From Victivallaceae bacterium (GTDB lineage Bacteria; Verrucomicrobiota; Lentisphaeria; Victivallales; Victivallaceae), in assembly GCA_031548025.1 (NCBI GenBank), contig JAVBRM010000023.1:70362-134361 (forward strand): 64,000 bases of DNA. Direction: 5' to 3'. The stretch's first letter is position 1. Every line of letters begins with the position of its first letter. Made by a program: the position numbers and the translations under genes. A model generated the notes under the pieces. The model had not been told where the DNA came from. It saw nothing but the letters and a program-made list of their open reading frames with translations, and did no database searches. Positions 8,778 to 16,685 of the stretch are shown one piece after another.

Positions 8778-10711
8778 AAATGAATAGAAAAACAAAATGC
8801 GATTTATACTCTTTGCTGCCGCGTCAGGTCGAAACATTGTTCCTGGCCCCGGAATATCCGGCACTGTCGGATGCCCCCGAAATTACACACGCAATGATGA
8901 AGTCGGGCAAGCGGCTGTTTATCGAATACCCCACGGCGGTCGCGGGACTGGATTTCGGGGAACCGGTACGGACGGAGTTTGAACGGACCGTCATTACTTC
9001 GGAGGAACTCGGCGAGCCCGGCGCTATTCTGGCCCAGCACGGCTGCTGGTATCGCCCGGTGAAACAAACCGTCAAACCGCTGCTGGCCGCCGCCCGGATC
9101 GCCGGTTACCGCCATGCCGTTTATGGCGTGCCGGAACATGCGACGCCGTTGCTGTTTATTCATCCGGACTATCCGAATGTCATGATTTGTACCTCCGGTA
9201 TCAGTAATTTCATCCGGGGGCGCTTTGCTCCGATGGCGGACTGGCGGCGCATCTGGAATTATATTTTGAACTGGCTGGAAACGGACCTAGAATTGCCCGA
9301 GTGGGAGATGGCGGTACATCCGGGGTATCCGGCCGGCACTGAATTACCGGCGGACGCGGAGCAACAGGCTTTTCGGAAATCGGCCCGCTGGTTTCACCGT
9401 CACGCGCTCAGCCTTCACACCGAAGTCATGGTCATCGAGGGCTACGACTCCGTAATCGACGCCGACGGCAATCAATTCCAGCGCACCAAAACCCGGGGCG
9501 ACTGTACCGGTGAATCGGCGCTGGTGTTCGCCTGCGACTGGGCACTGAACCACAACCCGGCGGCGAAAATCCGTTGCGGGCAGATCATGGATCATCTGTT
9601 CAATTCCCCCGAACTCTGCTGCCTGACGCCGCAAAATCCGTGCTACGGAATGTTGAATTTCTATGAAAACCTGCCCGCTTACTATGGCGATGACAATTGC
9701 CGGGCGGCCATCGGTTGCATGGCCTCGGCGGAACTGTTGAACGATCCGGCCTGGGACCGGCGGATTCTGCGTTGTTTGCTGAGTGTATTGCGGACGACCG
9801 GACCCTCCGGTTTCCGCGAAACCCGCCTGGACTGGCCCTCCAGTTTCAACGAAGGACGCAACTGGGATCACTACCGTAAAAATAACTGTACCAATTACCG
9901 TCCCCACAGCCAGGCCTGGATGTGGGCGGCCTACATTCTGGCCTGGCGCTCAAGCGGTCATCGGGAATTTCTGGACCAGGCGCGCACCGGAATTCATAAC
10001 CTGATGGCGGTTTACCCGGACAAAATCCGCTGGACCAACGGATTTTCGCAGGAGATCGCCAGAATGGTACTACCGCTGGCTTTGTTGGTCCGCGTGGAAG
10101 ACACGGTCGAACACCGGGAAATGCTGCAGCGTATTTTGGACGACGTGAAATCCTTGCTGGTTGATTGCGGCGCCATGCGCGAAATCATGGGCAGCCTCGA
10201 AACCGGTATTTACCCGTCGCCGCGTACCAACGAGGAATACGGCACCAAGGAAGCAGCACTGATTCAGGAAAACGGCGATACTTGCTGCGACCTGCTGTAT
10301 ACGGTGAACTATGCGTTCGCCGGCCTGCACGAAGCCTCATTTACCGATCCGTCCTGCCGGGAAACCGCCGATAAAATGGCGGAATTCCTGGTCCGGATTC
10401 AGGCCGACTCCCAATCCCATCATTATTTGAACGGGGCCTGGCTGCGTGGTTTCGACTGGAAGCTCTGGGATTACTGGGGCAGCTCGGCCGATTCCGGCTG
10501 GGGTGCGTGGTGCGTCGAAACCGGCTGGACCAACAGTTGGATCGCCTCGATACTCGCCCTGCGGCAGCGTCAACAGTCTCTGTTTGATCTGATCACCCCC
10601 AGACGCCATCAACCCATCCTGGCCGAATTGCTCAAGGAGATGTCCCGGATACACCCATTGCCCAACGCCTCAACCGTAATTCCGGCAGCCAGCGCCCCGG
10701 GAACTGAATAA
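8774..10711 (+). CDS. hypothetical cytoplasmic 645-aa protein (possibly glycoside-hydrolase/lyase-like; unassigned)
   Basis: Long ORF translationally coupled to the FAD protein by an ATGA overlap at 8774-8777. No signal peptide. Trp/Gly-rich C-terminal segment SADSGWGAWCVETGWTNSWIASILAL. I recognise no family. Confidence 0.75.
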   Translation: MKMNRKTKCDLYSLLPRQVETLFLAPEYPALSDAPEITHAMMKSGKRLFIEYPTAVAGLDFGEPVRTEFERTVITSEELGEPGAILAQHGCWYRPVKQTVKPLLAAARIAGYRHAVYGVPEHATPLLFIHPDYPNVMICTSGISNFIRGRFAPMADWRRIWNYILNWLETDLELPEWEMAVHPGYPAGTELPADAEQQAFRKSARWFHRHALSLHTEVMVIEGYDSVIDADGNQFQRTKTRGDCTGESALVFACDWALNHNPAAKIRCGQIMDHLFNSPELCCLTPQNPCYGMLNFYENLPAYYGDDNCRAAIGCMASAELLNDPAWDRRILRCLLSVLRTTGPSGFRETRLDWPSSFNEGRNWDHYRKNNCTNYRPHSQAWMWAAYILAWRSSGHREFLDQARTGIHNLMAVYPDKIRWTNGFSQEIARMVLPLALLVRVEDTVEHREMLQRILDDVKSLLVDCGAMREIMGSLETGIYPSPRTNEEYGTKEAALIQENGDTCCDLLYTVNYAFAGLHEASFTDPSCRETADKMAEFLVRIQADSQSHHYLNGAWLRGFDWKLWDYWGSSADSGWGAWCVETGWTNSWIASILALRQRQQSLFDLITPRRHQPILAELLKEMSRIHPLPNASTVIPAASAPGTE

Positions 10712-10716
10712 TCTTT

Positions 10717-10817
10717 AAAAATTGAAAATTGAAAATAATGGGAAATAGTAGAGGAAGTCTTCGGAATATCCCTATCTCCCTGATTTTCAATTTCCAATTT
10801 TCCATTTTCAATTAATT
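10717..10817. repeat. heptad-based inverted-repeat element, copy 1
   Basis: The left arm aaaaATTGAAAATTGAAAATaat (10717-10739) and right arm ATTTTCAATTTCCAATTTTCCATTTTCAATtaatt (10783-10817) are imperfect reverse complements. Both are built from GAAAATT/AATTTTC heptads, with a 43-nt spacer. A related element lies at 62145-62256. Confidence 0.7.
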
Positions 10818-10846
10818 CAGGACTGGAATTTGCATTCAATGACGAT

Positions 10847-10862
10847 ATATTAACGTTATCAT
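10847..10862 (+). promoter_or_regulatory. CG-centred palindrome, possible LacI-family operator upstream of uxaE
   Basis: atatTAACGTTAtcat has a perfect 8-bp palindromic core (10851-10858). The right half CGTTATCA matches the usual LacI/GalR half-site. It lies about 35 nt upstream of ATG 10895. Confidence 0.3.
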
Positions 10863-10894
10863 ATTTTCTAAAAGATAAACAAGGATATGGACTC

Positions 10895-12349
10895 ATGAAG
10901 ACACTTTTGAAAAATGTACCCGGAATCGTGTACCCGACTTCCGTGAACGAGATCGACGGCGTGGCCGTTGCCATGGCCCGCAATGACAACGAAAAATTTC
11001 TGGCTGTCGCCGGCAAGGCCGACAATCCGGTATTCCAGGCATTCGCCGGTGAAATTATCGGCGAAAACCTGAAAAAATGCCCGTTGAGCGCCGCCAATTC
11101 CGAAGCCCTGCGCAAATTTTTCCCCTGGACCGCCCCGATCTCATTGCGCGAACGTAAAACGACCGTCGGTTGCGGCGACCGTTTGGGACTGGCAAGCATC
11201 GGTCACATGGCCGCGGTAAGCAAATTCCAGGCGACTCCGGTGCTGGCCCAGCAGTCGATGCGCGAGCTCGATATGACCGGCAGAACCTACCGTCAGGTGG
11301 TCGATGATGTCGTCTTCATGGTTTATCAGGCCGGCTTCAAGGATGGCTACGGCGCCGACGGCGACCATCTGAAAAAGATTCCGGATATGGACGTGGCTCT
11401 GGCCGCCGGTATGCCCATGATTACGCTGGACCTCTCCGAAGTCATGTTGGCCGCCGCCGGCGACTGGGCTCAAGAAAAAGTCGATGAAGCGTTTGCGCAA
11501 ATCGCTCCGGCTGTGCGCGAACGCGTTCTGGCAGCTTATGCCGACAAGGAAATCAAGGTCGGCAGCAGTGTCATCAAAATGGATGCCGCCACCGTCCGCC
11601 GTTGCGCGGTGATGTATCTCGAAGCCCTCGACTTCGCCAAAAAGGTTTATGAACACCTGAAATCCAAGCGCGGCGACAAGTTCGACCTGGAGATTTCCAT
11701 CGACGAAACCACTTCGCCCACGTTGCCCTCGCATCATTATTTCATCGCCGGCGAACTGCAGCAGCGCGGCGTGGAATTCACTTCGCTGGCCCCGCGCTTC
11801 ATCGGTGAATTCCAGAAGGCCATTGATTATATCGGCGACCTGGCCGAATTCGACCGTCAGTTCCAGGTTCATGCCGACATCGCCCGGAATTGCGGCGGCT
11901 ACAAAGTCTCCATCCACTCCGGCAGCGATAAGTTCGCGGTTTATCCGACCATCGGCAAGATGACCGGCATGCGCTTGCACCTGAAAACCGCCGGCACCAG
12001 TTGGCTGGAAGCGGTCCGGGTCATCTCCCGCCGCGATCCCGTCCTCTACCGGAAAATGCACAAGAAGGCCCTCGCCTCTTTCAATGACATGCTGAAGCTG
12101 TATCACATCACCGCCGACATTTCCAAGATTGGCGACGTGGACAAGATCGCCGATGCCGATCTGCCCGCCCTGATGGAAATGGCCGAAGCCCGGCAGTTGC
12201 TGCACATCACTTACGGCCCGATCCTGCGCGATCAGGAACTGCGCCCGCTGTTCTTTGCCGCTATGCACAAATTCGAAGACGAATACAGTGCCACGGTACA
12301 GAAGCATTTTGAGAAGCATTTGAGTCTGCTCGGAGTCCCGGCCAAGTAA
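10895..12349 (+). CDS. uxaE: tagaturonate/fructuronate epimerase
   Basis: Strong resemblance throughout to UxaE-family proteins. Matching blocks are GCGDRLG...GH, FGADGDHLK, SIDET.SPT, RGVEFTSLAPRFIGEFQKAIDYIGDL, YKVSIHSGSDKFAVYP, LKTAGTSWLEA and LLHITYG. Confidence 0.85.
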   Translation: MKTLLKNVPGIVYPTSVNEIDGVAVAMARNDNEKFLAVAGKADNPVFQAFAGEIIGENLKKCPLSAANSEALRKFFPWTAPISLRERKTTVGCGDRLGLASIGHMAAVSKFQATPVLAQQSMRELDMTGRTYRQVVDDVVFMVYQAGFKDGYGADGDHLKKIPDMDVALAAGMPMITLDLSEVMLAAAGDWAQEKVDEAFAQIAPAVRERVLAAYADKEIKVGSSVIKMDAATVRRCAVMYLEALDFAKKVYEHLKSKRGDKFDLEISIDETTSPTLPSHHYFIAGELQQRGVEFTSLAPRFIGEFQKAIDYIGDLAEFDRQFQVHADIARNCGGYKVSIHSGSDKFAVYPTIGKMTGMRLHLKTAGTSWLEAVRVISRRDPVLYRKMHKKALASFNDMLKLYHITADISKIGDVDKIADADLPALMEMAEARQLLHITYGPILRDQELRPLFFAAMHKFEDEYSATVQKHFEKHLSLLGVPAK

Positions 12350-12365
12350 TTTGGCCGCTGCCAGT

Positions 12366-12398
12366 AAAAAGCCGCTGTGAATTCAGCGGCTTTTTTTT
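12366..12398. terminator. bidirectional intrinsic terminator
   Basis: aaaaaGCCGCTGtgaattCAGCGGCtttttttt is a 7-bp GC stem with a 6-nt loop, an A-run on one side and a T8 run on the other. It sits between the convergent uxaE and antitoxin genes. Confidence 0.85.
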
Positions 12399-12413
12399 AT
12401 TCAGAGAGGGAAA

Positions 12414-12791
12414 TTACCGGTTGGTTATGAATTTTTCCGGATAGGTATTTAGTGCCGCTGCGAATTTTTCCGCGGTTTTGCGGCTGATCGAACGCTTACC
12501 GTTTTCATATTCGCTCAACAATGATTTATTGATTCCAGTTATTTCCGCTAATTTTTTCTGCGTAATACCAGCTTTAAGTCTGGCTCCGGTCAATACTCTG
12601 TGTTTATTTTTTTTCCAGAATTCGCTGTCTTCAATGTTGATCAATTCGTCATCATCGGGTTCAGCCGCAACAGAGCCAGTGAAAACTTCCACCCGGTAAT
12701 GCTTCCGGATAAACTCGATAAATTCATTGGCTCCCTGCCCCTGGCAGACAAGTTCCAGGTCAATATGGGGCGCTTTCACGGCTACCAGCAT
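12414..12791 (-). CDS. XRE-family HTH antitoxin (HigA-like)
   Basis: C-terminal HTH LTGARLKAGITQKKLAEITGINKSLLSEYENGKRSISRKTAEKFAAAL. It lies downstream of, and overlaps by 32 nt, a RelE/HigB-type toxin gene. Confidence 0.8.
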   Translation of the reverse strand: MLVAVKAPHIDLELVCQGQGANEFIEFIRKHYRVEVFTGSVAAEPDDDELINIEDSEFWKKNKHRVLTGARLKAGITQKKLAEITGINKSLLSEYENGKRSISRKTAEKFAAALNTYPEKFITNR

Positions 12792-13026
12792 AATACACCT
12801 CTATAGTTAATGTTCCATTTTCACAAGTCCAGCAAGCGACGTAACGATAATTCAAATGGCAATGATATTTATTACCACCAAGTTTCGAATAATTCGGCCA
12901 GCTTGGTTGCTCCGGTCCGGTATATTTTAAATCTTCAAGCAACTCGGCAAATAAAGCTCGTATATTTGGAGGCAATGTCTCTGTTTTCCGGTCAATCTTC
13001 CGTTTGATTTTAACTTGCCAAACCAT
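12760..13026 (-). CDS. RelE/ParE-superfamily toxin (HigB-like mRNA interferase)
   Basis: MVWQVKIKRKIDRKTETLPPNIRALFAELLEDLKYTGPEQPSWPNYSKLGGNKYHCHLNYRYVACWTCENGTLTIEVYYAGSRESAPY follows the small RelE-family pattern (W.V.I....LP...GP...W.NYSKL....HCHL...YVA.W....IEV.Y.GS.E.APY). The toxin-first gene order is HigBA-type. Alternative in-frame starts are at 13032 and 13041. Confidence 0.75.
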   Translation of the reverse strand: MVWQVKIKRKIDRKTETLPPNIRALFAELLEDLKYTGPEQPSWPNYSKLGGNKYHCHLNYRYVACWTCENGTLTIEVYYAGSRESAPY

Positions 13027-13133
13027 TGCCATTCCTTTCATTATTGATTAACATACAATCAGGATTCACTTTTTTCAATCAAAAATGTGAATTTATTCAC
13101 TTTTTTTGTTTTGACGATGAACAAAGTGTAGTA

Positions 13134-15377
13134 TTACTGGACTGTCGTCGAGGTTTGCAAAGCCAGCAAGTTATTGTCGAAGTTTTTATTTTTGCTCTTG
13201 GCGATATCCAGAGCGGTTCTGCCGGAAAAATCCTTGAGACCGGGATTTGCTCCCGCTTTGACCAACCAGCAATACAGAAGCGGGTTCGGATTGAATTCCG
13301 CCACATAATGAAGAATGGAGCGCCTATGCTCATCAATATGGGAGATATTGGTTGAGCGTTCGATAAGAAGCTTCAGCATCTCCATATTCTGTTTTTTGGC
13401 AATTGCACACATCAGCATGGTGGCATTGTGGAATCCCACCGGAGGATCACCGGCGGCGTCCAGCAGAATATTCGCGGCGGCCGGATTGTTGCTTTCTACC
13501 GCATAGTAAAGAGGAGTACGCTTTAAACAGTCCAGCCTCAAAGGCTCACATCCCATGCTCAACAGTTTTTTGATCATGACAATATTGCCATGCCTGGCGG
13601 CATAATGCAGAAGCGGCATATCCTGATAACTCATAGTCACGAGCGGCATATTGTTTTTCAGCAAAATATCCATGGCTTCGGGGTTCCGTCCGTAGCAGGC
13701 AACCAGCATTGCCGTCTCGCCGGATTTATCTTCATAATCCCGGAATCTAAATCCCAACTCCAACATTTCAGCGGCAACGCCGATCTGACCGGTCATCAGC
13801 GCCACCTGGAAAGCACTGGTCTGGCGAAACGCCCGCGGCCGCTGCCGGTAATAACAACCGCCGGCATCCAGGGCATAACGTGCCATTTTGTCGATGATGA
13901 AATTTCTTTCGTCCGGTTTCAGCTCCTGGATTTTTATAACTTCTCTGAGCTTACTCCTCGCGTCTTCAATATTTCCGGCCAGATAATCATCCTCTGCTTT
14001 AACAAGCTCACTCCGGTATTTGCCGGTATACAATCTCAGCTCGGTAACGGCATCGGTATAAGAAAGAACACTCGGTGAAGGAGATGTGCATTTACGGGCA
14101 AAATTCTGGATTGAATTATAATTGACCGCACTGGCAAAGTCCCAGTAAATAGGAAATTTGACCGAAGTAGCATGAGCTCTCCCATAACGGCGCGAGGCCA
14201 TCTCAAAACTCACTTTTGCCGGCAAATACCGGTAATCGGAACTGAACCTCTCAATCAGCCGGTCACCCATACTGATAACCTCGGGCCGCGAATAAATATT
14301 TTTCCAGACTCTTTCCGGTTCGTCCCAAACCACTCCACCCAGCAAATTGAAACCGAAAAGCGGAATCTCCGATTTCTGATACGAACAACTCAATGCCGCA
14401 ACGGAAAGATTGGCCAGCTGCTCAACTCCTCCGGACGGTTGCCACTTCCTGGACAATGCAATCGCAATTTCGTCAAATCCCTCTCCGGAATCCGGCTGAT
14501 GCTCGATCCATTTGAGAAAAACATCGATCTTGCTGTTCAAATCTCCAAGCACCGTTTCCGGCCGAATCAGATACAAATAAGGCAATTTCATCTCCGGCCA
14601 CAAAGCCAATGCCTGAAGAAAATAATTTTTGGCCTGCTTCATCTCTATAATCATATGCTGTTGCTGCCAATCATTGAGCGGAGTCAAGTCATCCGCAACC
14701 ATTTTCCAGGCACGATTCGAAGCGGCCTGCCCTTTTACCATGGCGGAAAACCATGGATCATAGTCCTGAACCATATTTTCCAACACGGAAAGATCATATT
14801 GATAGTGGCAAAGCCGCTGAAAAACATATGGTATCAACGGCCGGGGCACCTTGCCGGCAGCCAGTAATTTCAGGAGAGCATCGCACGGCCCCGGAAAAAC
14901 ACCCGGAACAGCGGCCCTGTTCTGACGGCTTGAAATATACAATATCTCCTCCCCCAGATAACGGCTGAAAGAAATACTTGGAACTTTACGCAGCGCCAAT
15001 ATGATGATATTACGGAAATTCCCGGACTTGAACCTCGAGTTAAAACTTTCACATGCACTGCACAGTTGATTGATGAACTCGTCATTCAGATGAATCTTGA
15101 CCTCATGCTGGTCAAGTCTGAATTTCAGTTCATTCAAAGCTTTTTTATCGCCATCAACGGCTGCTTCCACCAGAAATTTCAGTTGCCGGGCATCAACATC
15201 AGGATGCTCTTTCTTCAATTCGGAAATAAATAAGCGAATATATTCGGCTTTTTGCTGACTGCTCCAAACAGCTTTGTCGAGATTTTTGAAAGCATTATTG
15301 AAAGGATTATAGGAAACATCGGAAGCACAAATAAATAATACTACAAATTGTAAAAAAAGACAAAGTATTACTTTCAT
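13134..15377 (-). CDS. secreted ankyrin-repeat protein (747 aa)
   Basis: Signal-peptide-like MKVILCLFLQFVVLFICASD, then a roughly 540-aa unassigned region. The C-terminal third carries ankyrin repeats (GETAMLVACYGRNPEAMDILLKNN, MPLLHYAARHGNIVMIKKLLSMGC, RTPLYYAVESNNPAAANILLDAG, RSILHYVAEFN...LVKAGANPGLKDFSGRTALDIA). The gene is visibly AT-richer than its flanks. Confidence 0.85.
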   Translation of the reverse strand: MKVILCLFLQFVVLFICASDVSYNPFNNAFKNLDKAVWSSQQKAEYIRLFISELKKEHPDVDARQLKFLVEAAVDGDKKALNELKFRLDQHEVKIHLNDEFINQLCSACESFNSRFKSGNFRNIIILALRKVPSISFSRYLGEEILYISSRQNRAAVPGVFPGPCDALLKLLAAGKVPRPLIPYVFQRLCHYQYDLSVLENMVQDYDPWFSAMVKGQAASNRAWKMVADDLTPLNDWQQQHMIIEMKQAKNYFLQALALWPEMKLPYLYLIRPETVLGDLNSKIDVFLKWIEHQPDSGEGFDEIAIALSRKWQPSGGVEQLANLSVAALSCSYQKSEIPLFGFNLLGGVVWDEPERVWKNIYSRPEVISMGDRLIERFSSDYRYLPAKVSFEMASRRYGRAHATSVKFPIYWDFASAVNYNSIQNFARKCTSPSPSVLSYTDAVTELRLYTGKYRSELVKAEDDYLAGNIEDARSKLREVIKIQELKPDERNFIIDKMARYALDAGGCYYRQRPRAFRQTSAFQVALMTGQIGVAAEMLELGFRFRDYEDKSGETAMLVACYGRNPEAMDILLKNNMPLVTMSYQDMPLLHYAARHGNIVMIKKLLSMGCEPLRLDCLKRTPLYYAVESNNPAAANILLDAAGDPPVGFHNATMLMCAIAKKQNMEMLKLLIERSTNISHIDEHRRSILHYVAEFNPNPLLYCWLVKAGANPGLKDFSGRTALDIAKSKNKNFDNNLLALQTSTTVQ

Positions 15378-15404
15378 TTCTGCACCATCCTTAATATATT
15401 GCTA

Positions 15405-15433
15405 ATAATATCATCCCGACAAAGCTTTGTCAA
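15405..15433 (-). promoter_or_regulatory. sigma70-type promoter for the ankyrin gene, overlapped by a 14-bp perfect palindrome
   Basis: The reverse strand reads TTGACA (15433-15428), a 17-nt spacer, then TATTAT (15410-15405). The palindrome GACAAAGCTTTGTC (15418-15431) spans the -35 and spacer. AAGGA lies upstream of ATG 15377. Confidence 0.6.
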
Positions 15434-15563
15434 ACCCAATTAATCCTAAAATACCAATTATATTCATACTCCTTGCCGATGATACCAAATAGACTTCCAT
15501 TCCTTGTTTTTTGAGGCAATCAGAAAAAATGACCAGGAAATCTGTTATAAAACAAAAAAAAAT

Positions 15564-15591
15564 TTGAACTGTCCAGCTTAAGGTGTATTGT
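15564..15591 (+). promoter_or_regulatory. possible promoter of the response-regulator / tsaC / GT-C operon
   Basis: TTGAAC (15564-15569), a 16-nt spacer, then TATTGT (15586-15591), about 28 nt upstream of ATG 15619. Confidence 0.35.
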
Positions 15592-15618
15592 ATTCAAGTG
15601 TTTAGCGGAGGTATATGT

Positions 15619-16683
15619 ATGGAACCCAATCGACGGCTATTAATCGTTGACGATCAAAGTGATCTGCGAGATCAGATGGCGCAGCTGCTATTAAGCAGCG
15701 GGCGTCCCAATAAAACAGCCCGGTTGGTTCGCGGAATGCGGGCCCGGCTCATGGGCATAGCCGAAGAGCCCGAGGCTGACAATGAGTTCATGCCCAACTA
15801 TGATATCGATACCGCCGGCCAAGGCGAAGAAGCTTATGACATGGTAAAGGCCGCTTTGGAAAACAATGCGCCTTATGCCGTTATGTTTGTCGATATGCGG
15901 ATGCCCCCCGGTTGGGACGGCCTGAAAACCGCTCAGAAAATCCGGCAGCTCGATCCCGATATTGAAATCGTCATCATGACCGCTTACGCGGATCATTCCC
16001 AGGAAGACCTCTCCCGCGAAATCGGCAATCCGGAAAAATTGCTTTACATCAAAAAGCCGTTTCAGTCGGAAGAAATATGCCAGTTGGCCCTCTCCCTCTG
16101 TGCCAAGTGGAATACCCAGACTCTGGAGAGAATACGCCGCCGGCAACTTGACAAGCTGGTGATGAATCTCCGGAAAATCAAGCAGCAGGAAAACCTGAAA
16201 AGCACATACGAGCAAATTCTGGAAGCATACCTGGGTTTTTTCGAAACATCCAAAGGCTTTATTGCCAGTTGGATACCGGATGGACAGTCTTGGCAGATCC
16301 ATGCCGCCCGCGAATATGAACAGAAAAGCGCCACGGAGTTCCTGACCAGCCGCCAAAGCCATATTCTGGAAACCAACGCCTTAAGCGAAATTGAACATTT
16401 ACAGGCCGTTCCGTTGCGTGAACGCGGTTGTAATTGTTTTGTTTTTGCCGCAAATGCGATTACCAATAACGATCCCGTCTGGTTCCAATCCATCAACGCC
16501 ATGAACCAGACTTCTCTGGATCAGATTGAATTCGGCAAAAAATTGGCTTCCCGTCTGCAGAATTGCCCATCCATCGCCCAGTTGGACGATGTCAAGGAAA
16601 TCGTGGAAAACCTGCGCAAAAAATACCTCGGAGACCCCGACGTGGCCAGGCTCTCCGCCAGACTCAATGATATATCCTATTGA
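15619..16683 (+). CDS. orphan response regulator: receiver domain plus about 190-aa unassigned C-terminal domain
   Basis: ATG 15619 follows GGAGG by 7 nt. Receiver signatures are LLIVDDQSD, VMFVDMRMPPGWDG, IVIMTAYADH and YIKKPF. An insertion of about 35 aa follows beta-1/alpha-1. No DNA-binding or known enzymatic output motif is seen, and no histidine kinase is in the window. Confidence 0.8.
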   Translation: MEPNRRLLIVDDQSDLRDQMAQLLLSSGRPNKTARLVRGMRARLMGIAEEPEADNEFMPNYDIDTAGQGEEAYDMVKAALENNAPYAVMFVDMRMPPGWDGLKTAQKIRQLDPDIEIVIMTAYADHSQEDLSREIGNPEKLLYIKKPFQSEEICQLALSLCAKWNTQTLERIRRRQLDKLVMNLRKIKQQENLKSTYEQILEAYLGFFETSKGFIASWIPDGQSWQIHAAREYEQKSATEFLTSRQSHILETNALSEIEHLQAVPLRERGCNCFVFAANAITNNDPVWFQSINAMNQTSLDQIEFGKKLASRLQNCPSIAQLDDVKEIVENLRKKYLGDPDVARLSARLNDISY

Positions 16684-16685
16684 TT

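Noticed and set aside
13064-13107. ATTCAC / GTGAAT / ATTCAC triple with flanking A- and T-runs between the ankyrin gene and the toxin gene, as a terminator
   Set aside because: The stems are only 6 bp and AT-rich, and the loop is either 2 nt or 17 nt. It may be a weak bidirectional terminator, but I cannot support it without folding energies.
15508-15519. Third occurrence (inverted) of the 12-mer TTGCCTCAAAAA found in both direct repeats at 55.4 and 56.7 kb
   Set aside because: The similarity does not extend beyond the 12 nt on either side. It is not enough to call a third repeat copy, so it is noted only as a possible short motif.
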